A stretch of 55,725 nucleotides of DNA, the filler included, from Stramenopiles sp. TOSAG23-2 (taxonomy: Eukaryota), in NCBI GenBank assembly GCA_900128395.1. It is 3 parts of 3 records of this genome, joined end to end, with 100 filler letters (N's around TTAATTAATTAA, not from the genome) between each part and the next. Parts side by side here need not be neighbours in the genome. Positions count along the whole stretch, not along the records: positions 18,736 to 37,325 come from LT649604.1; positions 37,426 to 55,725 come from LT649609.1; 1 more part is not named here. The stretch is one strand, 5' to 3'. Each line of letters opens with the position of its first letter. Position 1 is the first letter of the stretch. The position numbers and the translations under genes were made by a program. Below, piece after piece: positions 32,514 to 43,300 of this stretch. The notes under the pieces were generated by a model. That model made no database searches, had not been told where the DNA came from, and was given only the letters and a program-made list of their open reading frames with translations.

Positions 32514-35500
32514 ATGCTTTTATCATCTGGAATAACGTCTCCAAAATTTGCATCTGCAACTTTTAATGCAACTCAAAATAATAATAATAATTTCAATTAT
32601 GGACAAAAAACTTTGAGAGCAAAAGTATTAGAATTTTTCGAACAGCACGCGCCTGCAAAAACAGCAACTGTTGACATTCTTATTGAAAAGTTTAAAGATG
32701 AAGATGCAAGTGCCCTTATTTCCAAATTGGAAGCAAAATACAATGTAAAGATGCCTGCTGACAATAATAACAATACATCTGGTTCAAATGGCCTATTAAC
32801 TTTTGCACAACAATCCCCTTTGAGTTCATTTACCTTTAATAATAATACAAACATGTTAGCACCTGTAAGTTTTATTTCTTCGTTTGGTGGACAAACCAAA
32901 AAATTACCACCACAACCACCACCTTCAACAAATAATTCTTTACGAAGTAGATTGATTGATTTTTTCAAAAATAATAATGCAGAAGATAAAATTATTACCG
33001 TAGATATATTAATCGAGAAATATAAAGGGAACGAAAAGCAAATATTTCAAGCTTTAAAAACAAAATATGAACAAGGTAAAAATAATAATATTGCTAAATC
33101 GAACGCAATGGTTGCTGTAGAAAAAGACAGCAGCAATATTAATGCACCAGATTCAATACCTTTTTTCGACCTTGAGGGTAAGCGTGAATTGTTGACGAAG
33201 GAACGTGCTATTGAATTGTTTCAACCAATTACAAATGAAAATGCTCAGACCGTGGAAAAAATACGTTTGAGTAGTAAAAGCTTTGACGAGGCTTCAGCAA
33301 TAGTAGCTGCTGAGAAATTGAGGTTAATGAAAAATTTACGTTATGCTGATTTAAGTGATATTATTGCTGGGAGAGAAACGTCGATTGGCTTGAAAGTCCT
33401 TAGTACGTTTAGCGAGGCACTTGTCGAAACACCCCTTTTATGGGTTGATTTAAGCGACAATGCACTTGGTCCACGTGGAGTGAATGTGTGCGAACCTCTG
33501 TTGTCATCATCGGAAACACTTGAAGGAATCGCATTTCGTAATGATGGATTGTCAGCAGAAGCGTGTTATGAAATCAAGCGATTATTTTTGAAACTTTCAA
33601 GCCCTACGCGTTTGAAAAAATTGCATTTTTGGAATAACATGAGTGGGGATGGTGGTGGTATAGCGACTGCGGAATTGCTGTCGCAATCTCCATTTATGGA
33701 AGATTTTCAATTATCAACAACACGATGTGGGGAGGAAGGTGGAAATGCAATTTGCGCATCATTGAAAAATTGTCCAATGCTACAAAAAATAGATCTTAGT
33801 GACAATACATTTAATGTTAGCGGTGCAATTGAGCTTAGCAAAAGTTTAAGATCGTTACCCCGTATGGTAGTGTTAAATATTGGTGATTTGAATTTCAAAG
33901 ATGAAGGTATTGGCCATTTATTGAAGGCGTTGGTGCAACCAGTTTGTCCCGTTTTAGAAACATTGGATATATCATTAAATGACGTTTCTGTTGACTCATT
34001 GAAATATTTACCAGATGCATTGGCGGGGAAAAATCAATTTAAAAAGTTGATAGTTAAAGGCAATTTTGATCTTGGAAACAAAGGGTGTGTCATAATTGGT
34101 AAAACATTTAATGCGAATGGATTTTCTTCCAAAGTATTGGAAGCAATTGATTTAGAAGAATGTGATATACATGATCGTGGAGCAATATTTTTAGCAAATG
34201 AACTCGGTTCATCTATTGGTAATAAACACAGAAACTTTAAATTATTGAATTTAAAAGATAATAAAATATCAGATTCAGCTTGCAAAATGGTTCAAGCAAA
34301 AATGAGTACTGCAGAAATTAGCATTGAAGATCAAATGGAAGAGAGTGATTATGAAAGCGATGGGGATGACATCGATTTAAAATCTGTTTCAAAAACCATT
34401 GCAGAAATATATAGCCCAAAATCATCACCTAAAGCCGTAGTAGAAGAAATCGCAACTCCATTTTTATCGTTTGAAAATAGTAGCAGTAGTAGTAATGGAG
34501 GAAAAAGCTTAAATATCGATAGCAACGATCTATCCTTTCGCCAAAAATTACACAAATATTATAATAAAGTTGAACCGGGAAAACTTCATTCGATGGACAT
34601 TTTGCTAGAAAAGTATAACGGCAAGCAAACGAAACTAGTTATGGATCTTGAAAGCAAATATAAAGTTACGTTTAATTCTAAATCCTTGTTGGGCAACGGT
34701 GGCACCAATAATAATAATATAGGTAGAGGAAATCGCCCACGTATTGTACAATCGCTGGAAGAAGGAATGTACGAGGAGGTGAAGAAAGAACCACCGCAAC
34801 AGGAGGAATCTGTAAATCTAGTTTTTTTTAGAAAACAATTACTTCACTTTTATAAGAGATATGCACCGGAAAAAATGAATTCCATAGATATTCTATTAGC
34901 AAAATTTAAACGAAATGAGAAGCAATTAATTAAAACTTTGGAAAAGAAATACAATGTAAATTTTGCAAGGGACAAGGAAGCACCACCAGTAACAACAATG
35001 ACGACAACAAAAACAACATTGCGTGTGCAATTATTTAATTTTTTTAAAAAACATAATCCAAGAAACTTGGAAACTGTAGATATTTTACTTGAAAAGAACG
35101 ATTTAAGTGCAGATGAATTAATGAGTAAATTGAAATCAAAATATGGCATCAACAGCAACAAGAATGTTATGGACAATGCACCAATGGAAAATTTTTCCAC
35201 CAAAACATTGGTATTTGATCTCGGCAACGAAGGTCAGGACGAAACAATAACTCTTGATATGATACACGAGCGTCTTCAAGTTCATTCACAAACAAATCTG
35301 TCTGAGATTGGTTCAATTGTATTTAATGATAAAAGTTTCGATGTAGATGCAATGGACGTCTTGGCTAGCAAAGTTACAGAAATGGAAAATCTTCATACTG
35401 CCCAATTAAGAAATATGACACATGGCCGAGATCCAGCTGAAGGACTTGGCGCAAAAGCATGTAGTATTTTGATCTCAGCATTGACTTCAAAAAAATTACG

Positions 35501-37325
35501 ATCACTTGATATCAGTTCAAATATGTTGGGGGCAGCAGCCGGGGAAATATGGGGACCGCTTTTGACTTCACAGCCATATGTAGAAGAATTAATTTTCGAA
35601 GCCGATCACCGATTCAGGCATGGTTACAAGGGAGATGCATGCAACGATTTACTAAAAAACTTTGAGCCGAAAAATTTAAAAAAGCTAGTTGTGGTAAAAC
35701 ACGCTGATGATGAACCTTTAACAGGCGATGGCGTTGCAGCTATATTCAGTACAGTCATTGCAAACTCCACGTTGCTTGAGCATTTGTGTTATACAAAGAA
35801 TAAATGCGGTACTGATGGGGGGATACAAATCAGCGAAGCGTTGGGAAATTGTGGCAAAAACCTAACTTTTCTTGATTTAAGTGAAAATAATTTTCATGCA
35901 GAGGGTGGCGTTGCATTAGGAAATGCAATTTCCTCCATGCAAGCTTTACGAACATTAAAGCTTGACGACATGGGTTTGGAGGACGAAGGCGTGTCTTCAA
36001 TATTACATGAATTATGCGGTTCATGCTCTGATCTTGAAGTATTATCATTTAAATACAATGATGCAACAAGCGATGGTATTAAAAGTTTATACAATGCATT
36101 AGAAAACAAAGCAAAATTGTTTGAACTTCGTTTAGGTGGCAATCCTATCGAACGAGAGGGCTGCATAATTGTCCAAAAAGCTTTGCCTAGTTTAAATGGT
36201 TTGCAGGTATTGGATATGGAAGAATGTGGACTTCATAATAATTCTGCAATTGCTTTGTGTGATGATATTATTAAAATCTTCAAATCTATTTCAAAATTGG
36301 AGTTGGATTCAAACAATTTAACCGACACTGGTGTAAATGTTGTAACGAATAAGATTACGGAGGTATTCGGGGAAGAATCGTTAGGTGACTTTGAATGTAA
36401 TGACCCACCGGAAATGGAGGATGCGACAGATGAATTGGATAAAATACGAGACGACATTGTTAAGCAATATGGCACTGAAAAAAAAAGTAGTAACTCTTCG
36501 GAAGAAGAAAAAGTTAGTGAAAAAAATAATAGTGGCAGTGGTGGTATTTTTGCTAATTTTGCACCAAAACCTGGTTCATGGAAATGTCCTGTTTGCATGA
36601 TTAATAATAATAAGGAAGCTAATAAATGTGTATCATGCGAAGCACCAAATCCTAATGCTGAAAGTATGCCGACTGATACAAGCAAATCTAACGGTTTTGG
36701 AACGGGTGGTGATGTTGGTGGTACGAAATTTACATTTGGTAGTAGTAATAGTAGCACATCAGCGATAGAAACAAAGGTATCATTAAAGTCGGTAAACAAT
36801 TCAGGTGGTGATGTTGGTGGTACGAAAGTTACATTTGGTAGTAGTAATAGTAGCACGCCAAAGATAGCAGGAGAAAACGGCAGCTTATCCTTTGGTTCAC
36901 CACCAAAAGTTGCAGAAGGTGGATTTTCGTTTGGCACAGCAACGGGTGGATTTGGGCAACCAACAGGTTCGACAATTACATTTGGTGCACCACAACCATC
37001 AACAACTAATACACCTGTATTTGGTGGTGGTGATAATACACAGTCAACAGGTGGATTTGGGCAAATAGAAGGTTCGACAATTACATTTGGTGCACCACAA
37101 CCACAACCAAGTGGTGATAATACACAGTCAACAGGTGGATTTGGGCAAACAGCAGGTTCGACAATTACATTTGGTGCACCACAACCATCAACAACTAATA
37201 CACCTGTATTTGGTGGTGGTGATAATACACAGTCAACAGGTGGATTTGGGCAAACAGCAGGTTCGACAATTACATTTGGTGCACCACAACCATCAACAAC
37301 TAATACACCTGTATTTGGTGGCGGT
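32514..37325 (+). CDS. RanGAP-like protein with two RanGAP LRR domains, five small helical repeats, a RanBP2-type zinc finger and FG repeats (3' truncated)
   Basis: DLSDIIAGR, DLSDNALGPRG, NDGLS, NNMSGDGG, DLSDNTF (RanGAP1/Rna1-type motifs); a second degenerate LRR block; GSWKCPVCMINN...KCVSCEAP; FG-rich tail. Confidence 0.85.
36945..37325 (+). repeat. Coding tandem repeat (~120-bp unit) encoding FG-nucleoporin-like repeats
   Basis: GGFGQxxGSTITFGAPQPSTTNTPVFGGGDNTQST repeated about four times up to the contig end. Confidence 0.9.
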
Positions 37326-37425
37326 NNNNNNNNNNNNNNNNNNNNNNNNNNNNNNNNNNNNNNNNNNNNTTAATTAATTAANNNNNNNNNNNNNNNNNNN
37401 NNNNNNNNNNNNNNNNNNNNNNNNN
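37326..37425. other. Artificial contig spacer
   Basis: N run + TTAATTAATTAA (37370-37381) + N run. Confidence 0.95.
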
Positions 37426-37845
37426 AAAAATATCGTGCATTTTGATCATTTACATTAGGGTTAGAGATGGTAGCATTACTCAGCATTGCGGGGTCATACC
37501 CATACATGACGGGACCTCTCACTCTGCTTTTCAGCACCCACATACACTCACACGAATGCCATTTCTACACTTTCCTATTATATACGAAGCTGAAACCAAT
37601 ACCTAAAAGTCATAAAATGATCACCTAAACAATCTCCGACTGTTCTCCTGTCCATACACCATGTATAAGTCGAGCTTTACCCCGATATGTGATTTTCAAG
37701 ATTGAATTATTTTAAGGTTATAGTCCAAAAAATCACCAAAATATTGAAAAATTATCAGAAATATCACCAAAATACAATGTGTCGATTTTTTCTATCTAAA
37801 TCTTCTACAAATTAATTCGAAATAAGACACATCTCTCAACACATG

Positions 37846-37987
37846 TCTAAAGGAAAGAAGTACATGAATATTTTGATCTAAATATGTTTTAAATGAAACT
37901 GACAAGGTAACGAATTTCTAAAGGAAAGAAGTACATGAATATTTTGATCTAAATATGTTTTAAATGAAACTGACAAGGTAACGAATT
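37846..37987. repeat. 71-bp tandem duplication
   Basis: tctaaaggaaagaagtacatg... at 37846 and 37917. Confidence 0.9.
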
Positions 37988-38436
37988 TTTTTCAAAATGG
38001 TGATTTTTTTCGAAATTAGTATGGACATAGGCTGGACTAAAAATGTAAAATCTGAAAATTATAAAAGGTTCTTTATTGTATATAAAAACACATAACTTTA
38101 TCAAAATAAGTATCTACAATGATTTTATATATGTTTGGTAATAAACGTTCGAGATATCTCAATATTCTTGTATCTAATTCATACTTGAATAACCGTTAAA
38201 AGTTGAAAAAAACGCGTAACCCTATAGCTGTAACTCTATTTGATAGGTGATTTTTACTTGTAGTGTCGGCTCTGTCTTACACTAATTAGTACAAAATTAT
38301 TATACTTATTTTTAATAGGTTTCAATATTCCAAAAATGATATTTACAATTTATGTAAAAAATGACATTTCCATCTAAAATATGATATTTTGTATGATTTC
38401 ATATTTGGTGGTATTTATATGTTATTTTATGAAAAG

Positions 38437-38578
38437 GATGAAATTGTTAAAATGACGAGTAATTTTTACATGTATTTTGTGTTTTAAAAAAATGGATATT
38501 TTTATAAGATGAATTTGTTAAAATGACGATGTAATTTTTACATGTATTTTGTGTTTTAAAAAATGGATATTTTTATAA
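38437..38578. repeat. ~71-bp imperfect tandem duplication
   Basis: gatgaa.ttgttaaaatgacga... at 38437 and 38508. Confidence 0.85.
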
Positions 38579-39454
38579 TTTAATGATTTTTATGAATTTT
38601 ATAATTTGTTTTCGTTATTTCGGTAAATTAATAATTTATTTAAGTACAAATTTTAATGTATAAATTTGATGCCAGAAATTCTGCTATCCCTAATTTCTGA
38701 AAACGTGAAATGTCAAAATTATTTTGCCAATTGATAGGAAAAATAGTATACTAGTGGAGCCTAACTTAAAAAAGGTATTTTCAAAGTTTTTCCTTTGTTT
38801 TCATGTAATGAAATGAAAAATCCAACATTATAACAATGAAATATAAGAATTTAGGTTGAAAATGATGGTTTTATTGAAATTTGATGGAAAATATGCGCGA
38901 TGTAATGGTATTGTAGTGTTATTTAGACTTGAGCTAATTTTAAGTACTATTAAACTTTGCTAATGTCATTAGACTGTAGTAGTACCTGGTATTTGGTATT
39001 AGCTATACAAGTATGTAGGTAGTTCTATAAATATTATACTTACTATATAGAATATAATATATCAAATGTGCTGCTATTATTTACTTTTCTAAATATTTAA
39101 CAATGCTGGAAGAATGGCACAGGCAGTGTATTATAATAATAATACCAGTAATAATAATAATTAAATACTTATATTTATTATATATATTTTAATTTTTACT
39201 TGGGGAGAATTTTCCCATAATTATTATAAACACGACATTGTTATAGCAACTCAAAAAACTTATCCGTACATGTACGATTACCCCTTTGTATTGCCAAATA
39301 CGTACCCCACGTAAAGCATTCGTTTGTATTTACCGTCATACCAAACATCGAATATAGCTATAAAAAACGGTTGTCGACAAGAGCCACCATTACCGGTTTA
39401 ACTATGTAACAGTAAGTATACTAGATAAATATCAGTAGAAATGCACAATTAAAT

Positions 39455-40180
39455 ATGTCACATAAAGAAAAGAGACTAAGTTTAAAAAAAAAAGTTGAGA
39501 GCGCACCTGCACAGCATATAGAGGATGATCTTCACGGAGACAATTCTCATGTGTTTATAACGAGAGACGGACATACAAAAATTGTATCAAAAGAGGAGAA
39601 AGCCAGATTAGAATGGCAAAAAAAAAATCACGAAATTCACGATGAAAAAGGTATTCAACCACCAGCTCCTTCTCGTCCACATATTGTAAAAAAGAGCTTT
39701 GATCGCGTGTCAATAGCTATTAATTGGAGACCACCAGATGAGTATTGCCACCCAAGCAAAGTGAAATACGCGTTGTTAAAATGGGATTATGCGAAGAGAA
39801 AGGAAACCTTTTTCTATGAAGAAGAGGCACAAGAGAATATAGGAGTTACTTTATATAAACATGAAGCACAAGAAATGGAAAAAAAAATTGTAAATAAAAA
39901 AATCAAATTTATCACTATTTCCAATCTAGTCCCTGGCCAACGTTATGAATTTAAAGTCAGGTTTATGTATGATAGTAGTGTTACCGGGAGGATTGAAGAC
40001 GCGGAGAAAGATGCAATAGAAGGCAAACAATCGTTGGGAACGGAAGTACATTTGCCAATGCGTATATTATCTTGTACTAAATGTGCCGCAACTCTTCTTT
40101 GGGGACTAGAAGTGTGTCCAAGATGTGCGGGGGAAGCTAGTCAAATGCCTTGGATGAGCGGAGGAAAAAAATTTCGTTAG
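39455..40180 (+). CDS. Fibronectin type III-like domain protein with C-terminal zinc ribbon
   Basis: PPAPSRP...SIAINWRPP...Y...ITISNLVPGQRYEFKVR (FN3 pattern); CTKC...CPRC. Confidence 0.75.
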   Translation: MSHKEKRLSLKKKVESAPAQHIEDDLHGDNSHVFITRDGHTKIVSKEEKARLEWQKKNHEIHDEKGIQPPAPSRPHIVKKSFDRVSIAINWRPPDEYCHPSKVKYALLKWDYAKRKETFFYEEEAQENIGVTLYKHEAQEMEKKIVNKKIKFITISNLVPGQRYEFKVRFMYDSSVTGRIEDAEKDAIEGKQSLGTEVHLPMRILSCTKCAATLLWGLEVCPRCAGEASQMPWMSGGKKFR

Positions 40181-40309
40181 AATAAACGGATTCGTATGAA
40201 CATTTGGTACGACGTATTAAAAAAAAAGGGGTTTTGTAATGTGAGAGACACAAAATGATACCAGAAATAAATGGAATACACTATAGAAGAATCAAAAAGT
40301 CGTTTAATT

Positions 40310-43300
40310 TTATTTTTTCGTACTTTTATGGCTACTCTCCTCAGATTTCCTTTTTGATTTCTTTTTCTTCTTTTTTTTTCTTTTTCCTTTCGAGTCTGTA
40401 CTTCCTCTACTACTTCTACTACCTCTACTTCCCTTGCTATCTCTACTTCCTTTGCTGCCTTTAGAATTAACACTACCAGTCTCACTACCATCATTACTAA
40501 CATTGTCATCATTTGTTTTGGTCTCATCGCCGAAGTCTTGCTTCTTTCCTTCATTTTCACCATTCTTTTCCTCGTTTTTCCTTTCCTCTTTCCTTGCCGT
40601 TCCAAATAATCTTGAAAAAAAAGATCTTTTCTTTTTTTTCTTAGATCCATCTTCATCATTTAACACAGTTTCTCCTTCTTTCCCCTCGTCATTATTACTA
40701 TGAGGACTAAATAAACCAGAAGTAGAAATAGACCCAACTTTGCCAACAATTCCTTGCGCAGCTTTATTTTCTTCAGCTTCTTTCAAAAGTCTCTGCACTT
40801 CCTCTATCTTTTCCCCATCATCACTCTCCTCATCCATGTCATCCTCCAACATTAGTTCTAAATCCGCTGCATTCATTTCGTCAACATTCATGATCATTTT
40901 TTCTTGGTCTTCTTCTAAAAGTTTTTCTTCAATAGTCTTCTGCTCATCTTCATCATCTTCATCGTCATCTTCTTCATATTCTTGTTTTTGTGTTGCACTC
41001 GATCCAAACAGGCTTTTCTTCTTCTTCTTTTTATGGTGCCATTTTACTGGTTTTACTGGATCTTCAAGAATTAAATGTGCTATTTCTTTCAATCGCAAGA
41101 CCCTACCACCTGGTGCACGTTTTACATAGCCTCTGCATTTTTCAACTGGCCATGAATGACGCAAAACACACAACTCACACTTCACTCCACCCCGACAAGT
41201 CAGACATTTGACTTTTGCTGATATATTTTCTCCATATTCATCGTAATGCCCATAATATTCTTTATATTGGCGTAAGATATGAGCATTGTAAGGATCTGCT
41301 TGCACAGCACGTTTGTAACACAGCTCAACTTCGTCCGGGTCTTTATCAACATCGATTACCACTGCTGTATTCTGGGCACCACAATAAACCCTGTCCGCCG
41401 GACCTACACTTTTTGCAGTACCCCATGTTCCGAAAATTTGACATTGGGCAAAATGTAAATAATTTGTACTCTCTAACTGCACGCGGACGTATCTGCCAAC
41501 TGTATTCACAGGCAAAGACCATGTCGTACGCCTTTTCACTGCTGTGAATTTTTTCCTTGCAACAGCCATATTAAAAGAGCCAGACAAATTGTCTCCACCT
41601 GTACCCTTTTCAAAAGGAGACGCACTGATCATAATCCAACATGGAAAAAGCCTCCTAGAATAATAATCTGGCCCCAAGGAAGGGTCAGCAGGCATATCCT
41701 CTCGATTCCAAAGTACAATCGTATGTACAACAGCTAGACGACCCATATCTACCTCCCACCATGGATTTTGATCCATTTGAGTATGTACACATTTATCTTC
41801 ACCATCTCCATTATTGTCACCGTTATTAGCGAGAATCGCTTCTCTTTTATTATACACACTACTTAATTCAGATGGTCTATTCAACCCTAAACTTTCTGAA
41901 GATACAAATAGACACTTTATAACAGTTGGCTCGTAATTAAAACGGCAACTCGTAGGATGTCCACTACAACCATGATTGTTACTACCCCAAGTATATACTT
42001 CACCATAGACAGTTACTGCCGCGGAATGATTATTGCCACAGGCAAGCGACTTGACTGGTTTATCTTTCATTTTATTAATTACCTCAAATCTTGGACGAAA
42101 TTTACCAATCGCAGCAGCCGCTCCACATTGTAACAACTCACCCCCAGTATATTCAATGATTTGAGTGTGCCCAGTACCCCTTGTTCTTTTTTTAACAACT
42201 AAAGATATAACTGTGTGAGCCGATCCGCATGCTACCAAAGTAACCATTACATCCATCCCGACTAAATATTCAACTAAAGTTGGACGAGGATGAATTTTTT
42301 GACCATCGCCGCTACCTAAGCCGAGCCGACCTCCGTCACCACTACCCCAAACAAACAATTCTCCGCTCATACAAACGGCAGCGGAGTGAGAGTTTCCACA
42401 CGATACAGTGCGAACTCTTCTATCACCCGGCAAAGGCAAGGGTATAGGATATTGTACATAAGCTTCAAATTCTTGTGCAATTGGACCAATACCAAGTTTT
42501 CCGCTAGCAACACCACCCCATACATATAACTGATCACCTTTTACAATCGCAATATTGTGTGAATATCCAGCGGCAATTTTTTTCGCACCCCGACCTTTTA
42601 TTGCCTCAACCAACGTTGGTACTGTCCTTTCTACACGTGCATTTGGGTCTACGTCATCAGAGGGTATACCTAGACGACCAAAAGTGCTGTCCCCCCAAGC
42701 ATATAAGTCACCTGCATGATGTGCAGCTATTACATGATGAGCCCCAACACCTATAGTCTTTACACGACCACCCATTGGTGTAATAGTTGGGCCTGGTCCA
42801 CGCTCCGTTATACCACCAACTACAACTCGTCCACCACCTCTTTCTGTTCTATCAGCATAATCCACATCTCCCTCCGCCTCTCTTTGCCTCCATAGTTTAT
42901 AGCGCCTCTCTAATTTTAAATATTCACGTTTTTCGCGTTGATATTTACGTCTAGCATGCCTTTCCCGTTCTTCTTGCTGTTTAATTCCTAAAACCTCCCA
43001 AACTTCTTTAATTTCTTCTGTAAATTTCGTAGCTTTTTCTCTATTACCACGCTTCCTAAAGTCGTAAGCTTCAAATTCAATTGTCTTCAATCGCTTTTGC
43101 TCACTTCCCCCAATCATCTTCAGCTCAAATTTTAAATCGTCGTATATTGCAAAACACAATTGTTCATTGTTTTTATTCTTACCTAATTTTGCATGATTTC
43201 GAACTTCTAACGTGAACAACAAAACCTTTTGCTCCAACAACGGCAAAATATTGTCACGCATATATTTCACTTTATCATTCACATTTCCCTGAGGTGGTTT

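Noticed and set aside
37455-38224. TTAGGGTTAG as a telomere remnant, or TAGGGTTA...TAACCCTA as hAT-like ends
   Set aside because: Under two telomeric units; the inverted match is only 8 bp with no target-site duplication.
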